A stretch of 64,000 nucleotides of DNA from Ophelia neglecta. Lineage: Eukaryota. Position numbers and translations under genes: made by a program. This document shows, piece by piece, positions 23,701 through 37,217 of this stretch (the stretch's first letter is position 1; every line of letters begins with the position of its first letter). The stretch is from contig OZ260664.1 in the NCBI GenBank assembly GCA_965285935.1, positions 69,688,001 to 69,752,000 of the forward strand, read 5' to 3'. Below the pieces are notes generated by a model. That model was not told where the DNA came from, searched no databases, and saw only the letters and a program-made list of their open reading frames with translations.

Positions 23701-26700
23701 TAATTTTTCATTTTGTTTATACATTTTATAGATTACCGTGCCCAGAGTGCCACAAAGGTTAGTGGCTTTTTCTAAATTAACATTATTACTTTCCTTGCTT
23801 TACCTTCTTCGATCATTAATGGGAAGGATGTGTTTCAGGATTGGTCGCCGATATACGGTGTCGTGTCACATATTAATCCAATCAGACCACTTTCACCAAC
23901 TTTGATAGTTCTCCCACCTCCGTTTGGTAGTTTTGATATACATATGTATTTCTTATAACCATATTTGAGGCACCTGTTGTTTTCTGTTTTATTTCTATTT
24001 CTCAAATTAACATGATTATGTAGAGAGGATTCTGCGACAATGCGACAAAAGATAACACCCTGCACACTTCCTTAGTAGTCAGGTTAATTTACCAGCTTTT
24101 CATCTTTAATAGTAGTCTTTACCAGCTTAAGTGGATATGAAGGAGCTATTCCATCTTGGTTAAAACAAATAAGATAATTATATGAAATTTTATACCTAGC
24201 ACACAGAAAACAAGAAGTTTGTAATAAAAAGTTTGGTATAACATGGTCCGTATGCATCTTGTTAGATATGCAGCCTGTAACGAAGACTCTAAAGTCAGCT
24301 ATCGATATATAGTAAACCGTAACATAGGTACTGTAAAATGCGCTCAAGAAGCCGACCGTAACATACCAGATGCATATAGCATGGCATTTGTGCTAAATGA
24401 CTACAAATTAGACTGTTTATTTGTCCCTAGAGTAGCCCAGCTAATATGGTTAATGGAATCATGCTAACATTAGACAATAACATTCCAACATTTCCTCAAT
24501 TAATTAGTTGACCACTTCAGATATTAGCTGGTAAGGTTTATGTGTAGTAGAGCGGAACTCCTCGTCCTATTGCGAGCTGAGAACACATTCAAGCTTGAAT
24601 TAAGATGTTCCTTTAATTTAAATGATACCAAACCCCACTTTTTATCATTTCTATAAATAGGGATCGATGGCACATACTGGTTCAGATGTTCCATTAAGCC
24701 GTCCTAATTTGTTCAACTGAAAACGTGTACTGTTTGGTAAATGAATTTTATCAAAGTAAGTAGTATTTACTACCATGTGGTGTATACGGAGTGTCACAGT
24801 GCATTTCGTTGTGAGATCCATTAATAAAGCTGATGCTCAGTGATAACGGTACAACATTATTGTTGTTGTTGTAACGTTACATGATTGGTGGAATGCATTT
24901 ATTTTATTCATTCATTTAATACAACCTCTTCCGTTTGAACTGGTGACCAGGTGCTTCTTTAGCGTGGGCACTTGATCTAACTGCTGGGTTGTTGTAATAA
25001 CGTCAAGTTACACAATTGTCCAATCATAAGGCCAAGTTACGCAGTTGTCCATGAATACACCCGGTTTTCAAAATGAAACATAATACGTTAAAAAAGCGTC
25101 ATTTATTGGGCGTACAAGTATACATGTTTCAGATTATTAATAGTTGTAACACATTCTGAAGGCGCTTGTCCGGTGCCAAACCGGTTGCCAAAGCTCATTT
25201 TCGCCTGGCATGGTTCGATTTCCAGCAGTGAACAATGTACTCATATAAAAAATGCTTAAACGGCGAAAAATATAATAATTATTAATATATTATTATGTTC
25301 AAGTAATTATTTGACCTGTTCTTCTTTTCCAAAGCAAAACAGTCCGGTGCATGCCGGGGATGTTCGTCTCGAGATATGGTGTGTTTTAATAAATTACAAA
25401 TATATTGGAGGCTATGCGGACAGACCTTGCATGCCTTTTTCATGGATGGTATTCACGAACACATTGTACTTGTTATGCCTCGCAGAATACTGAATAACGA
25501 TTCCTTCCTTAAATTCACGACTACGTTTCCTAATTCCATATTTATGTAAATGATCAAGCGACCATCCATGACACCGTTGAGGGCTGTGTTGCAACGTACT
25601 TAGTCGTGTTTATCACATGTTTCACTCTCGAGCGATAGAATTCCTTAGTTGATAAACCCTATTATCTTTCTTTTTAGATACGAGTTGATAAAGAAGATTT
25701 TTGCTCGAGAAATTTCACTTTGATGGATTTAAAACTAAGCCTATCAAGATGATTATTGAATGTTTTATCTTCAAAGTATATGTATCAGGTAATTTGATAA
25801 ATCTTCAATAATGGATCATCAAAGGAGAATATAATGGTAGTGTATACCCGATAGATAATGTAAAACTCATCAATAAAGAACTGGCCATTAAGTCGGTCCG
25901 ACATACTTTAGAACAATCAATTAAAACACCTGATATAAGTAATAAAGCACAAGGCACGAGCAACAATTTTATATTGTACAAACATTTCTTATTCAAAGCA
26001 TATATATTTCTATGATATATATAATCTGGTACGGAAGCAAATTGGACACAAAACACATGTTTGCAGGGGATCTAGCTGCATTCTGAATAGGGTGATAAGC
26101 AAACTTTTTTTTTTACAGCTAAACAAAATAGTCAGTTCTTTTGTTAGGGGGGGAGGAAGTCGCTCAGACAATCAATATCTCACTATGTGGACTTGACAGA
26201 TATAATGTACAGAGAACGGAGAAGCAGGAGAGAGAAATAAAATAAGAAATGGTTTAACTAATAGCTATATAGTCATTATCCCGTTGATCCGATTATTGAT
26301 ATACAGCACACCTTGCTTTGATAGGTAAACATGCTCCTTTCAAAGATTATACAGTTTAGTTGGGGGTTTACTATATACATGTACCTTAAAACTAAAGCAG
26401 TAGCTTACGTTGCACATTTTAATTACAAAACTGGTGGGACTTACAAGTTGCGAAGAAGGCATGAATACCTACAAGTTCCATACGTGAATGTAGCCATTCG
26501 CCATTTATTTTGTGAATTGAGTTTGTGATTTTTTTTTTTGAATAACGGAACGTTCAATATAGGATTATTTTTGTTTGAAGTTTCCCAAATTACCAAAAAA
26601 TAATATTATGAAAAAAATTATAATGTAAACAATTTTTATTTGTACATGCCATATAAATCTTATGTGAGGAGCTATAACAATTTGCTATATTTATGTAAAC

Positions 26701-29700
26701 ATATCTGGCCAAAGTCGCTTCATGTAAGTCGTAAATAAATGGGGTTATCCATTGCCTGAAAATCAGCATAATTATCTCAGCATCCGGAGAATTCGAAGTA
26801 CATTTCCGTTACATGAGTAGCTTCCGTGATCAGTCTCCTTTATTTCCTTTATATGGCGTAGTATATCATTGTAGGCAAATAAAACATATTTTGAGATGAA
26901 TGTAAACGACTATTTATATGATATGTTACCTTCGTAAACCAGCTACAGTGTAGAGAGGAGACAAGGCTAATAATGCATTATGTCTTCCGAGACACGAATA
27001 CGTTTTTATGGTGCACACTTCTGTTGACATGCCGTTCGGGTATACATGAAGATATAGCAAAAGGTAGACTATACAATACTTACTGCATCGGCGATATCTC
27101 TGTTCATGAATTTCAGAAATATAGAGAAACATAGAGAAATAATCTTTAATTAATGAAACAGTTGGACAAAATTTTAATCATAGGTAAAGGAGTATGAACT
27201 CTAGACAATCATAACTAGAACACTCTATTTCTATAGCTATATGTTCGTTTCACAATCTCTGCACTATCCAATGTAATCACTTTTACCATCATTACTCCGA
27301 AGAAGTGTCCAAAGAAAACATCATAATGAGTTAACGACCTCTGTTTAATAAACAATAGCATCGTGTAAATAGTTCTTAATCAACTCATCTAATTATTATT
27401 ATTCGATGTTTTAACGCAATTTCATTAACTGAAAACTGTCATGTAAATGAAAATCTTGTTGGCGTCAATAGGTAAGGCAAAAAAAAGATACATGGTGAAT
27501 TAGGCCCCGGTGTTATTAACGTGTTATTTTTTTGTGGTAAGTGTTTTAATAAACCATAAAAGGCCAGTAATAATATCATAATATTTTGTCAGTATACAGC
27601 GCAGATCTGGGGTCAATGGGTCTGTCATGGTCAACATCATGGGTAAATTATTAGCTGGGTCGATCATGTTGCAATCCTTGTAACATAAGCATAAACTGTC
27701 AGATTCGCCTATTAATATCTCGAGGCAAATTTTTCCAAGCGTAACCCTAAACTAAGATTGGTAATAAGGGTAGAGTTTAAACCATAGCTGGTCTCACCGG
27801 GCATATACAGCACAGAAGTCCTTAACATATTTCTGAGGTTAATATATAATTGTCATAAATTATTCTAATGTAGAAATTGATATTCCTGATTCTTAAACAG
27901 CTGTTGATTTAGTTGCATAGTGTACCTTCCATCACGAGAAGTTAAACCAGTCGTCATTTTGATTATATATTTTCAGCGCTTATTTCGGTCCATTTGCGCT
28001 TATCCTGTATCAAATGCGGCAAAATCCAGTTTAGGCCTTTTGTATGATATCAATCTATCCACTAACAGCAACGAGTTTCTATATAAAATACTCTTAATCT
28101 TGTTCTCATTTCTTTGTTAAAGCACCGCCTTGCTTTTTTATCAAATATAATACGACACTATTGAATACATAATATCTAATCATAATTACATTTCTTGGTT
28201 AAAACTCGTCAATGTTTTCTTGATCAGAACTGTTCAAACTCTTTTATTCCGATTGACATTTAGCTCTGATGCAGAGGACCTGTTTTCACTCATTCACCAC
28301 CAACCAGTCCTTTGTGGCTAAAGTAACTGAAGTAATGAACAATTTACTGTAATCACTGTTGATCATAGAAGACGTCGAGACTGAAGGGGACTAATGTACG
28401 TGACTGGTGATTTCTGAAAGCCAGTTTTCCTTTGAAGGTGGCTGTTTGTTAATTGAGAGAGCTCTATGAATACCAGCTTGTGAGAGCCAAAAATTGGAAT
28501 AAGAGGTTTCCAAGATGATGGCGCGATTGGATGGTAACGATCTTAACGTCAAATACAGCAATCACTTAAGATGGCGACTTGACTCATCTTTGCTGCAGGC
28601 TATGCCATAATCCTTTGCTCATGAGAGAACGAGCTGTATTCACTCGGGTTTAATGGGCTGCAATCCTCTTTGTTTGGATGTCTACACGGTGGCCGCTTGC
28701 TGATTGCCACAAGATATAAATTCATACATGAAAATGACCCAGAAATACAAATTATTTCCGGTGAACCTTAGCACGTGCTCATTTGGTAATGTCACTATGT
28801 TTTGTTCATAGGCTTGTTGACATTTTCATGTGGTCGCTCAATAATGAGCTCTCATGGTAATCATAGTTTTAATGGTCCAGGCGTCTATTTTTATTCGCCA
28901 TTACCTATTGGGATTTGGGGCCAGTCCAATCCACTGGAAGCTGCTTATATTCGTTAGCCAGTACCACGATACCAAATATACTAAGATTTGTGGTCAATTA
29001 TTAAATGGCTTTGAGCTCAGCCAACCTGTTTTACCATCAAATCACAGTTTGGCAATGGCAATAGAATTAAAAAGCACACACCATGCCGTCAATCAAATAG
29101 TGCACTGTATCACTACCAGAAATGAATCAATTGATTAGCCTGTAAACACAGCTACGCAGGCAGTTACACTAAGTCTATGTGAATAACATTTTAAGTTCAA
29201 CATATTTCATGGTTTTAAAAGTCTTGCTATTGAACGCTACTAACACAGACACAACCAGTTTTATTATTTGCAGTCGCTACAGAAATCGATATTCACTTGG
29301 TCCGATGATGGATAAAGCCGGTGCTCTTTGATCCGGTTGACTTGTTCATTAATTGGCTGAGATTAGGTTCAATGGCGATGAAAATAACCGACAATAAACC
29401 ATAGTCGCTCGGAGCCACCGCACAAACTTCACCCTGAAGGACTCCGTGAGGAGGGACATTGTACCCTGGACATTATAAAAGTGGCTTTCCCTTTGAAGGT
29501 GTCCATCGGAAATAAGAAATAGCCGAATGGACAGCTTGGTGACCCATAAGATGTATAAGAAGCTTACATGGTCAACGAAGGATGTATTAAAAATAGACTC
29601 AACGACAGAAGCACAACTCCTCGTCTGAGGGCAAATAGTTAATCGGACAAGAGTGTACTTCCCTCGTTTGATTCTCCAAAATCTCTTACTTGATTGTTGG

Positions 29701-31844
29701 AATAATGTCGACACAATAAATTAAATATCAAGGATATTGCCTACCATATGCAAATTTGTCATAATCAAGTGCATCAATTTCCATCAATTTTCAATAGAAA
29801 AAAGTTATTTTTAAGATCATTCTTGCAATTCCTGATGTGCTGGGCTACTGTGCTGCAACTTGATTAGTTATTGGTATGCGTTTGGGTTTGTTTACTCCAG
29901 CAATCTGGCTAATCAAACAAGTATACCTTTATTCTTACTTCTACCTGAATCTCCTGAGAGTTTATGAGCAATGCTCAACGAAGCGGAATAACATCAATAT
30001 ATACTTATTTTGGGGCTAAATTAAGTTTGCGGCACAGTACCACTGTGGTTGATCGCGACGGCACAAAAGTCAGACAATAACTGATAAATTGACTACATCT
30101 GTTTTTAATATGTACCGCATATTAAGGCTCCTTAGATAAAGTCTAGTTCTATATTGACAAATATAAATTGGTAACAAACCCGAGACATGAGTCGCAGATC
30201 ATATTTAGGTTCATAATTTGGCAAATTAGAGACAATGAGTTGGCTTGTAAAAACAGCATTTTTCTTCGACACGAATTTCAGAAATTGCCTGGGATCGCTG
30301 GGAATCGTTGGGATCGCATGTCGAGTTTGAGCGGCTTGCGTATCGTTCTAATAGGACAAATGGCTTTACGAGCAACGGCCTCCCAATAAACATGCCGCGA
30401 AGTGTTATTTTGTTGAACATTATCATCGATGCAGGCATTCCTTAACAATTCTACCGTTTCGTGGCAACAGTTTCCTTTAATTTCGCCATATTGTACTTGT
30501 TATGGGGGCATACATGTGTATTTTAGTAACGTCTTCAAGTTGATAATCGCCAACGTTTGAAAATGTCCTATTATTTGACAATGGCATTTATGGTTAGTCA
30601 CAAAATAACAACATATTGAACGCCTCAATTTCAATTTTGGCCCAGTAAAATACTTCATCAAGGAAAATGTCTTTAAAATAGCACTATTTAGTTCGATGAA
30701 TATGCAAACTAAATGCAATCTTCAATCTTGGCATGCCCTTAAATGGAAAAAGTGGTTGGTTATGTATATAGTTTATCCACGTTGCAGCTTATCTACTGTC
30801 GAGATTGAGTTCTCATTGTCTTTCTGGTCTTACAGTAAAAACGCAAACACGGGAGAAGCGTTAACGATAAGTGTGCAGGAATATTTAACATACATCTTTG
30901 AAGGTCAAAGTAACCTAATGAAGACCTAACCAAATGAATAGAAAGTTACACACGTGTATTAAGACGCATCGACACTGGGAAGGCCGAACTTGCACATGAT
31001 TATCTTTATCAAGCCAGAAATTGTTTTCAAATTTAATATATACAAAATAAATGCTGGGCGTTTCTTGATATGTTATACTCACTCGTTTTGCAAAAGGAAA
31101 GAGATGTCAGTGAGTTTGACGCTGGGCTATCCGAGACATTGTCTATATTTATTGTCGTCCTTTTGTTGACAGAATCATTGAATTTCATACTGTGATTGTC
31201 CGTAGTTATTTTTTAACAGCAAATGATGAAATCATTTTCCGCGTTATTTTCTTATAGTTCATGTTTCTCTTAAAATGTGCGTATCATCGCCACATCTGTG
31301 CACCGACCTAATTCTGGATTTCTGTTGACCTGTTGATTGTGTACCGTCAATGTGCGATCAGGTGCACCAACAGGTTGCTACAGAGAAGCTTTGGTCTACC
31401 GCAGTGCTCGCTTTATACCAGCAATGAATTGAAAGACATCATTATACGAGTGTATTAACTTGAAGGACGGCTCTCGTCTTACTGATTAGGTTCATCAGGT
31501 GGTTGAGGAGGTGACCAGCATGATAATAGCCCCGATCAAATGAAGCAGGATGGATTCGAGTGTTATCACAGGTATAAATGAGGAGGATATATTTTTGTGT
31601 GGCAAATGTTACTGCTCATTGCCAAGGGTGTCCAAGGCTACCTTAGAGTGTTATGTACGATGGACGTCAAAATATCAAATACTGCCTTTAACTTGGTTTT
31701 CATTTCAAGGGACACAGTAAAAATGAAAAGAATTTCATATCTAGAAGTTCAAAGACTTTTGGAAAGATAAAATATAAATAATAAATGTTGTTATTTTTTA
31801 TGGAACAGACGATAATGTGTATTACGGGACACGCCCCGATATGT

Positions 31845-31956
31845 GGGCCCGGGTTGGGGTTCATTTTAGAGTTAAGGAGAGGTCTATCGTTATTTAGGTC
31901 AGGGGTTGTGTCCTAAATCGCAGGCATGACCTCCAATTTGCCTCCGACTTTAATCA
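31845..31956. mobile_element. Partial copy of a small element with a GGGTT/TTAGG-rich interior, related to 36998-37217
   Basis: gggttggggtt...ttagagttaagg...ttaggtcaggggtt interior. Its end gacctcc...gcctccgactttaatca resembles gacctcc...cctccgcttttaatca at 37175-37217. Confidence 0.35.
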
Positions 31957-32310
31957 GAAGTAAAAGATAACCATACGAAGCTAGCTGAAGGCAGATGGTA
32001 AACACATAATTACTTGATATTGACTTCTTCGTCAAGTGTCAACATCCCGTCTTTAACAGCAACTGGGACTTTGAGACCGTTTTGTAGCAGTAGGGAAATT
32101 AAGTTGTCAGAACAAAGAAATATGGCAGATGCCATCCATTTGATGAAAGGGCATTATTTATCTGAAATCTTTAAAGCCTGTGACTGATGGTAAATTATTT
32201 TCAAGGTCTTCTGGGGAAGCCCTCTTAAAAAGAAAATCTGAGAGTTATAGGAAACGTGTCTAGGTTGCCTCGGTGTTGGAAAGACATAGAGCAATTCTTT
32301 TATTTCCTTT

Positions 32311-32500
32311 GCAAGATTGATCAACCCATGTCAGTAAAATGTGACCGGGTATGGGTTTCTGTCTGGTACCTACGACAGGTACTCGAGCGAGGCAGCACTC
32401 TAAAGAGGGCATTGAGCCCACTGTCACAAGTAGACACCGTGGCGATATGACCAGATAAGTATTGAACGCCACGTAAAACCCCAAACAAGCAACCAACCAC
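32311..32500 (+). mobile_element. 5'-truncated SINE with Meta-domain-like core and 3' tail
   Basis: TGTCAGTAAAATGTGACCGGGT...GAGGCAGCACTCTAAAG...CCACTGTCACAAGTAGACACCG..GATATGACC...TTGAACGCCACGTAAAACCCCAAACAAGCAACCAACC. Resembles my recollection of MetaSINE-type invertebrate SINEs and ends in a degenerate (CAAA/CAAC)n tail. No tRNA head is visible. Confidence 0.7.
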
Positions 32501-32917
32501 ATTTTAAAGAGTATGAGAAGTTCCTTTCTATCCACTCAGTGAACGTGTCGTAACTTACCAGTAAGTTATGGTTCACTAGAGTCGCGCAATTACAACAGAA
32601 CGACGACTTGGTCCAAGGGGTTTTTGAAGTTTGCGCTCGTACGCGTGTTGCTTATCTGCACTAGTGAATCACGTTCAATTGGGCAAACAAACATTAATAT
32701 GATATGCTGTTTTTTTAAATAACTTTCAAGAACGGTGGCATCTCTTTTTAAATCAGTCCATCCGTTATTTTTTTTTTTTTACTATCCGTAAAGTAACACC
32801 GGCTTTTTGCTGTTATGTCCTCCATAAAAACAAATCAAACTGTTTATTCTAGTTAGTGCTCGGCCGATTGTGCACTCTTGATTGTAACGCGTTGTGCGAT
32901 GTCGCCACCTGTCATTC

Positions 32918-33009
32918 ATTAGTAGAAAAATAACTCAGGCGTCTTGAATTCTGCCAGAGAACCGCTCTATGACAGAATTCAAGACACCTGAGTTATTTCT
33001 CTCACTAAT
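32918..33009 (-). repeat. Near-perfect 92-nt inverted repeat (hairpin): tiny palindromic element or pre-miRNA-like stem-loop
   Basis: Arms 32918-32956 and 32970-33009 pair over 39 positions with 3 mismatches and a 1-nt bulge; 13-nt loop. The strand assignment is tentative. Confidence 0.85.
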
Positions 33010-35224
33010 TTTTTTTTGAGTAGACCGCTGATGTGCTTTCCTATTGTTATTATACAATAAAGGTCATTGAGTATCTATAACAGTATACTCACCTTTAAAC
33101 AATTCCCCCTTGTCAATAAGGAGCCACACTAGGCCAGTTTATAGGAAGGGTATGGACTGGAACACGGTTTCACGAGACTGGCTTTCAATAGTTCAACCTG
33201 GATCTATATTCATTCTGGTTGTCAGGGTACTTTAAGCACCTAATGGAGGCCTCATCAGGAGATCACGGTAGACTAATAGAGAGGTAAAAGCACATGAATC
33301 AGCCGGTGAAGTATCTAATGATCCTACCCTTGAAGCAAGCCAGAAGGCCTCGAAGAGAACGCTGGCCTAAATGTATCCAGAACATCCAAAAATTTTGCTA
33401 ATCACTAAGATTTTGTTCTAATATCTATTAGCGAGTGGAAATAAGATTTAATATTGGTGGGAATTGTTTCGTAGACTGACATTGAAACATTTCCCTCAGT
33501 ACTTTCTCTGTCGCACAAGGATTATATTATATTATTTGCCTTTAAATAATGATTGCTTTGCCTTTATGATATTCATTAGACAATTGGGCTAAATATGACC
33601 GACTATGTTATTAATATATCTTATATGTTTGTTGAATATATAGGTGTAGGTTGTTTTTATAAATGATTGTCATTTGAAACATATGAGATTTCAGGATACA
33701 TCATTATATTCTGTAGTTATGTCATTTTATTATAATTGTACTTATTTGTTTGGCCTAAATGGTCAGATTTATTGGGCTTTAATATGCATGCAATGAAACA
33801 ATGTGGAAAGATCTGTACATAGGCATATTTTAGGTTGTAGTGTCTTTATGTAGACTGGATGTGTAAGTATTGTGTTTGCGTCACCATTATCATTCGTGTT
33901 TGACTTGGGACTGGTCTTAATAGATTCCTCTTTAGGGATTGCCCTGTAGCCTTTGTCCAACTGACACATTGACTGACAGAATCAACTCTGCCACTCCAGT
34001 CTTATTTACTGGGGCTTCTTCAATAATTCCCTAGGGCTTTTTCCCAGAAACACCGGTGTTTCTACCGCAGAGCAGATTCTGTCAGTTAATGGTTCAGTGT
34101 GACAATAGCAACTCCCCGGACTAACAATTAATGACTGAGAGTTTTGTCGGTACAAGTACGAACGGTGGCAACAAGCCTGTCCTTCGGACTGACTGGTGAG
34201 GTGTATTTCAGGCAGAACTTTTGAAGGTTTTCCGAAGATGGTTAATAATGGACACTGGTTCAACTTATTCCAAGATAGACAATATTTGCAGACGTGTACT
34301 AAGCGGGCCTCCTGAGCATGTAGCGAAAAGAAAGGATAAGTGTTATTTGTGACCATTGTATCCTTAATGACTACTGGGAACATAATGTTTTAATCCACTT
34401 TAGCATTTTTAAGGATAACTGCGACCGTCGTGTGGCCACTGCTAATTGCTGTGATGTTAATTGTGTGTTTTTACAGATATCACGTTGTGCTCAGATGAGA
34501 CTACGCCCCTTATTCGTGCGTAGTTAATCAAATCAATGTAACTGAATTACATTATTTTTCGATCCGAAGGTGACAAAGAGTATCTTATATTAATGAAATT
34601 CAAGAAAGAGTTTCGTGTTCATATTCCGACGAAGGGCAATGCTAGAGGATATGAGCTCTGATTCCAGTATTTACGCAAATAATTAACACATTAAAGCCTG
34701 AAAGCTGGTAAGAAATAACTAAAGGCACCCTGTATCCTGGTCAGGTCTCGTGTCTCGTACGTTCGGCGCCACTGACTTGGGCGCAATACGAACTCTGAGC
34801 GTCTACTTAGGCTAGTTGGTCTTTTAACATTTACTTCATTTCCTGGTGCGAGGTTGGGCAGGCCTTTGGGCTCTTTGATGAGTTTAGGGTTTCAATAATA
34901 ATCTTGTGTGTATAGGGCACGTGATCTCGCAAGAAAATGTTGCTACATTTAGATATTAGCTTGAGAGTATTCTTTTATCATAAATCTTTGAGGCATCGCG
35001 AAAGATACAAGAACATTCCCAGTACGATATACCTGAAATGGAACTTATGTGTTATCTCATACCTAACCGCAGCTTTTACAAATTTGATTAAGAACGAACA
35101 AAAAGAAGCTTTAATTAACATTAGAAATTTAATGATTTTCCCTATGAACAAAGCAAGTAAAAGCATCTTTAGTTAGTTACAGTTAGATGTAAACTGCTCA
35201 GATTCCAAAGAACAGCCTACATTT

Positions 35225-35590
35225 AATCAGAAAAGAAGAAGCTTAATTTTTCGCAGACGATCCAGTTGACTTGTACCGAATCTAATCCGTTAACTAAAAT
35301 ATTGAGAGGCCTAATACTTGTTATAGTATGCAAACTGAGAAACATTTCACTGCATTTACACACGTGAACAATTCCTGCCGTTGCAATTCGGAATGTGTAT
35401 GCCAGACGGAGTTCATCTGCATGGTACTGACAAAGGAATGCAGAAATTGAGGATAGTACAAAATAGCAATCTGCCAGAGTAAAGCTTGTCGCAATATTGA
35501 TAACACCTCCAATACATGCTCTATCACGAACAGTTTCATGGACTCTCCTTACTTTCATTAACGCCATCCAAGCAGATTGAAATATCCAAA
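35225..35590 (+). mobile_element. Highly decayed L2/CR1-group LINE ORF2 (reverse transcriptase) remnant
   Basis: Collinear, frameshifted motifs: FADD(T)QL(Y) at 35250-35270; RP...TEK..TAF......CNS at 35307-35390; LHG...MQKLRIVQNS..ARV at 35417-35481; ITP...EQFHGL at 35500-35545. Compare L2-type YADDTQLY, IRPYL..ATEKLVHAF..SRLDYCNS, LQKLQRVQNSAAR, HITP.L..LHWLP. Requires an internal deletion after the ADD motif. Confidence 0.5.
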
Positions 35591-36997
35591 GTCAGCAGGT
35601 GCTACACGATAGTGTAGACAATGGATAACACATGGTTTATTTAGCCATTTAGATTTATACTGGTTTAAACCAGTTAAATTAAATATGAAGTTGATGTTTT
35701 TGCGAATCTGATTGAGCAAAATGAGACTGGTTCGACACTTGATCTCCAGCACACGACGTACCACGATGTTTATAGGCTGATATACTAGGAGTGAGTAGTA
35801 TTCATTAAAACTGCGGACCAAATCTGTTTATTGAACATTTTGCACAAGACGTGCGAGTAAATGATACCAAACACAAACAGCTGGTTCCCACCAGTGTTCA
35901 AAAAGTTTACGCTGGTCTACTTGTGTATGCGGAAACCATTAAACTTCGTTCGTTGTTTGTTTTTATTGTTTTAGTAATAACTGTCTGTATCCTTTCCCCA
36001 ACCGTAGATATAGTTAGGTTACAATTCATTTTTCGCTCGGTTTCTTTTTTACTATATTCAAACTCAATTATGCACCTCTTTTGTGTAACATAAGCGAATG
36101 ACTACACTCGTTGAATGAATGCAGTAGCTGTGCATTTTTGTCAGATCCCTGCCATGAGCCAATTTAATGATGAAAAAAGCTTTGACAGCCACTGACTTGA
36201 AATCACCAAATGTAAAGAAAGCATTCAAGCTCCACACAGGTCTCCCACACTAGACGTTGATTATGATGGATTCTTTCACAAATCCACCAAAGCAAACTGA
36301 GGAGAAATTAAAGCAGGCGAAGACATGAGCTCAACTACGAAGATTAATCGGATTTCCGATTACCATGTATCTTAAATAATGATTCCGGCGGAACCTTATT
36401 GGAGGCCTTGTTTGTAAAATCGCAGAATAAGGTTATGTTATTTTCATCAGTTATTCTTTTGCGCATAAATAAATTAAGGAAAACTACCTTATACGTGGCA
36501 TTGTTTGTTTAAAAATTTGTGAAAGTGCCTACTATACTAATATTTATTAGATAAATGGACGTATGGCTTGTTTTTGGCAGGGGGTGGAGGGGAAATGGCA
36601 TTTCTTGACACCATACACATATTTGCGACTTTCATTACACGCCTGATTTGGTCCACTGTCCAATTACACCGTGCTTTCCCTACCTCGACCACGGAATGAC
36701 ATTAATATGGACAAAGCAGTACTCTACTATAAAAGGTATAGTTGAAGGAGTCTAAAAATTGTGTCTCACCGTGGACTTTGTTTGGGACAAGCAATGGCAC
36801 TTCAGATATGTTTCTCCCTTACTATCAAAATACCATGGGACACTAATTAAGTTGGGTTCTTATAAAAACATGAATGTTAGACCGGTCAGTCTCCATTCTA
36901 TTTACAGAGAGCAGGAAATTAACTTATTCGTGTAACAAATATTAATTTGTGAAGGTGCAGGGTGTTTTCTCCGCTGGACTACACAACACATCGAACT

Positions 36998-37217
36998 TGA
37001 TCAAAATTCCAGTCGAGGCGCGGCGCCTTGGCGGAGGTAAATCCCGAGATTAAGAAACAAAACTAGCCCCATATAACCCTGTCCCCTGCCCTCTCCCTTA
37101 TGCTAAATTAACCCCAGCCCTAGCCCTAGCTTTGCTGACGACTTTTGGGCTTTGTGGCTTTCAAACTTAACCCCGACCTCCGGCTCCGCATAGCCTCCGT
37201 ACCTCCGCTTTTAATCA
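36998..37217. mobile_element. Small element with degenerate inverted ends and a (AACCCT/GCCCT)-like interior
   Basis: Left tgatcaaaa...gaggc...cggaggt versus right acctccg...gcctc...ttttaatca. Interior taaccct, ttaacccc, agccctagccct repeats. Confidence 0.4.

Noticed and set aside
25407-25420. 14-nt inverted match to 37185-37198
   Set aside because: Several 14-mer matches are expected by chance in a 64-kb self-comparison.
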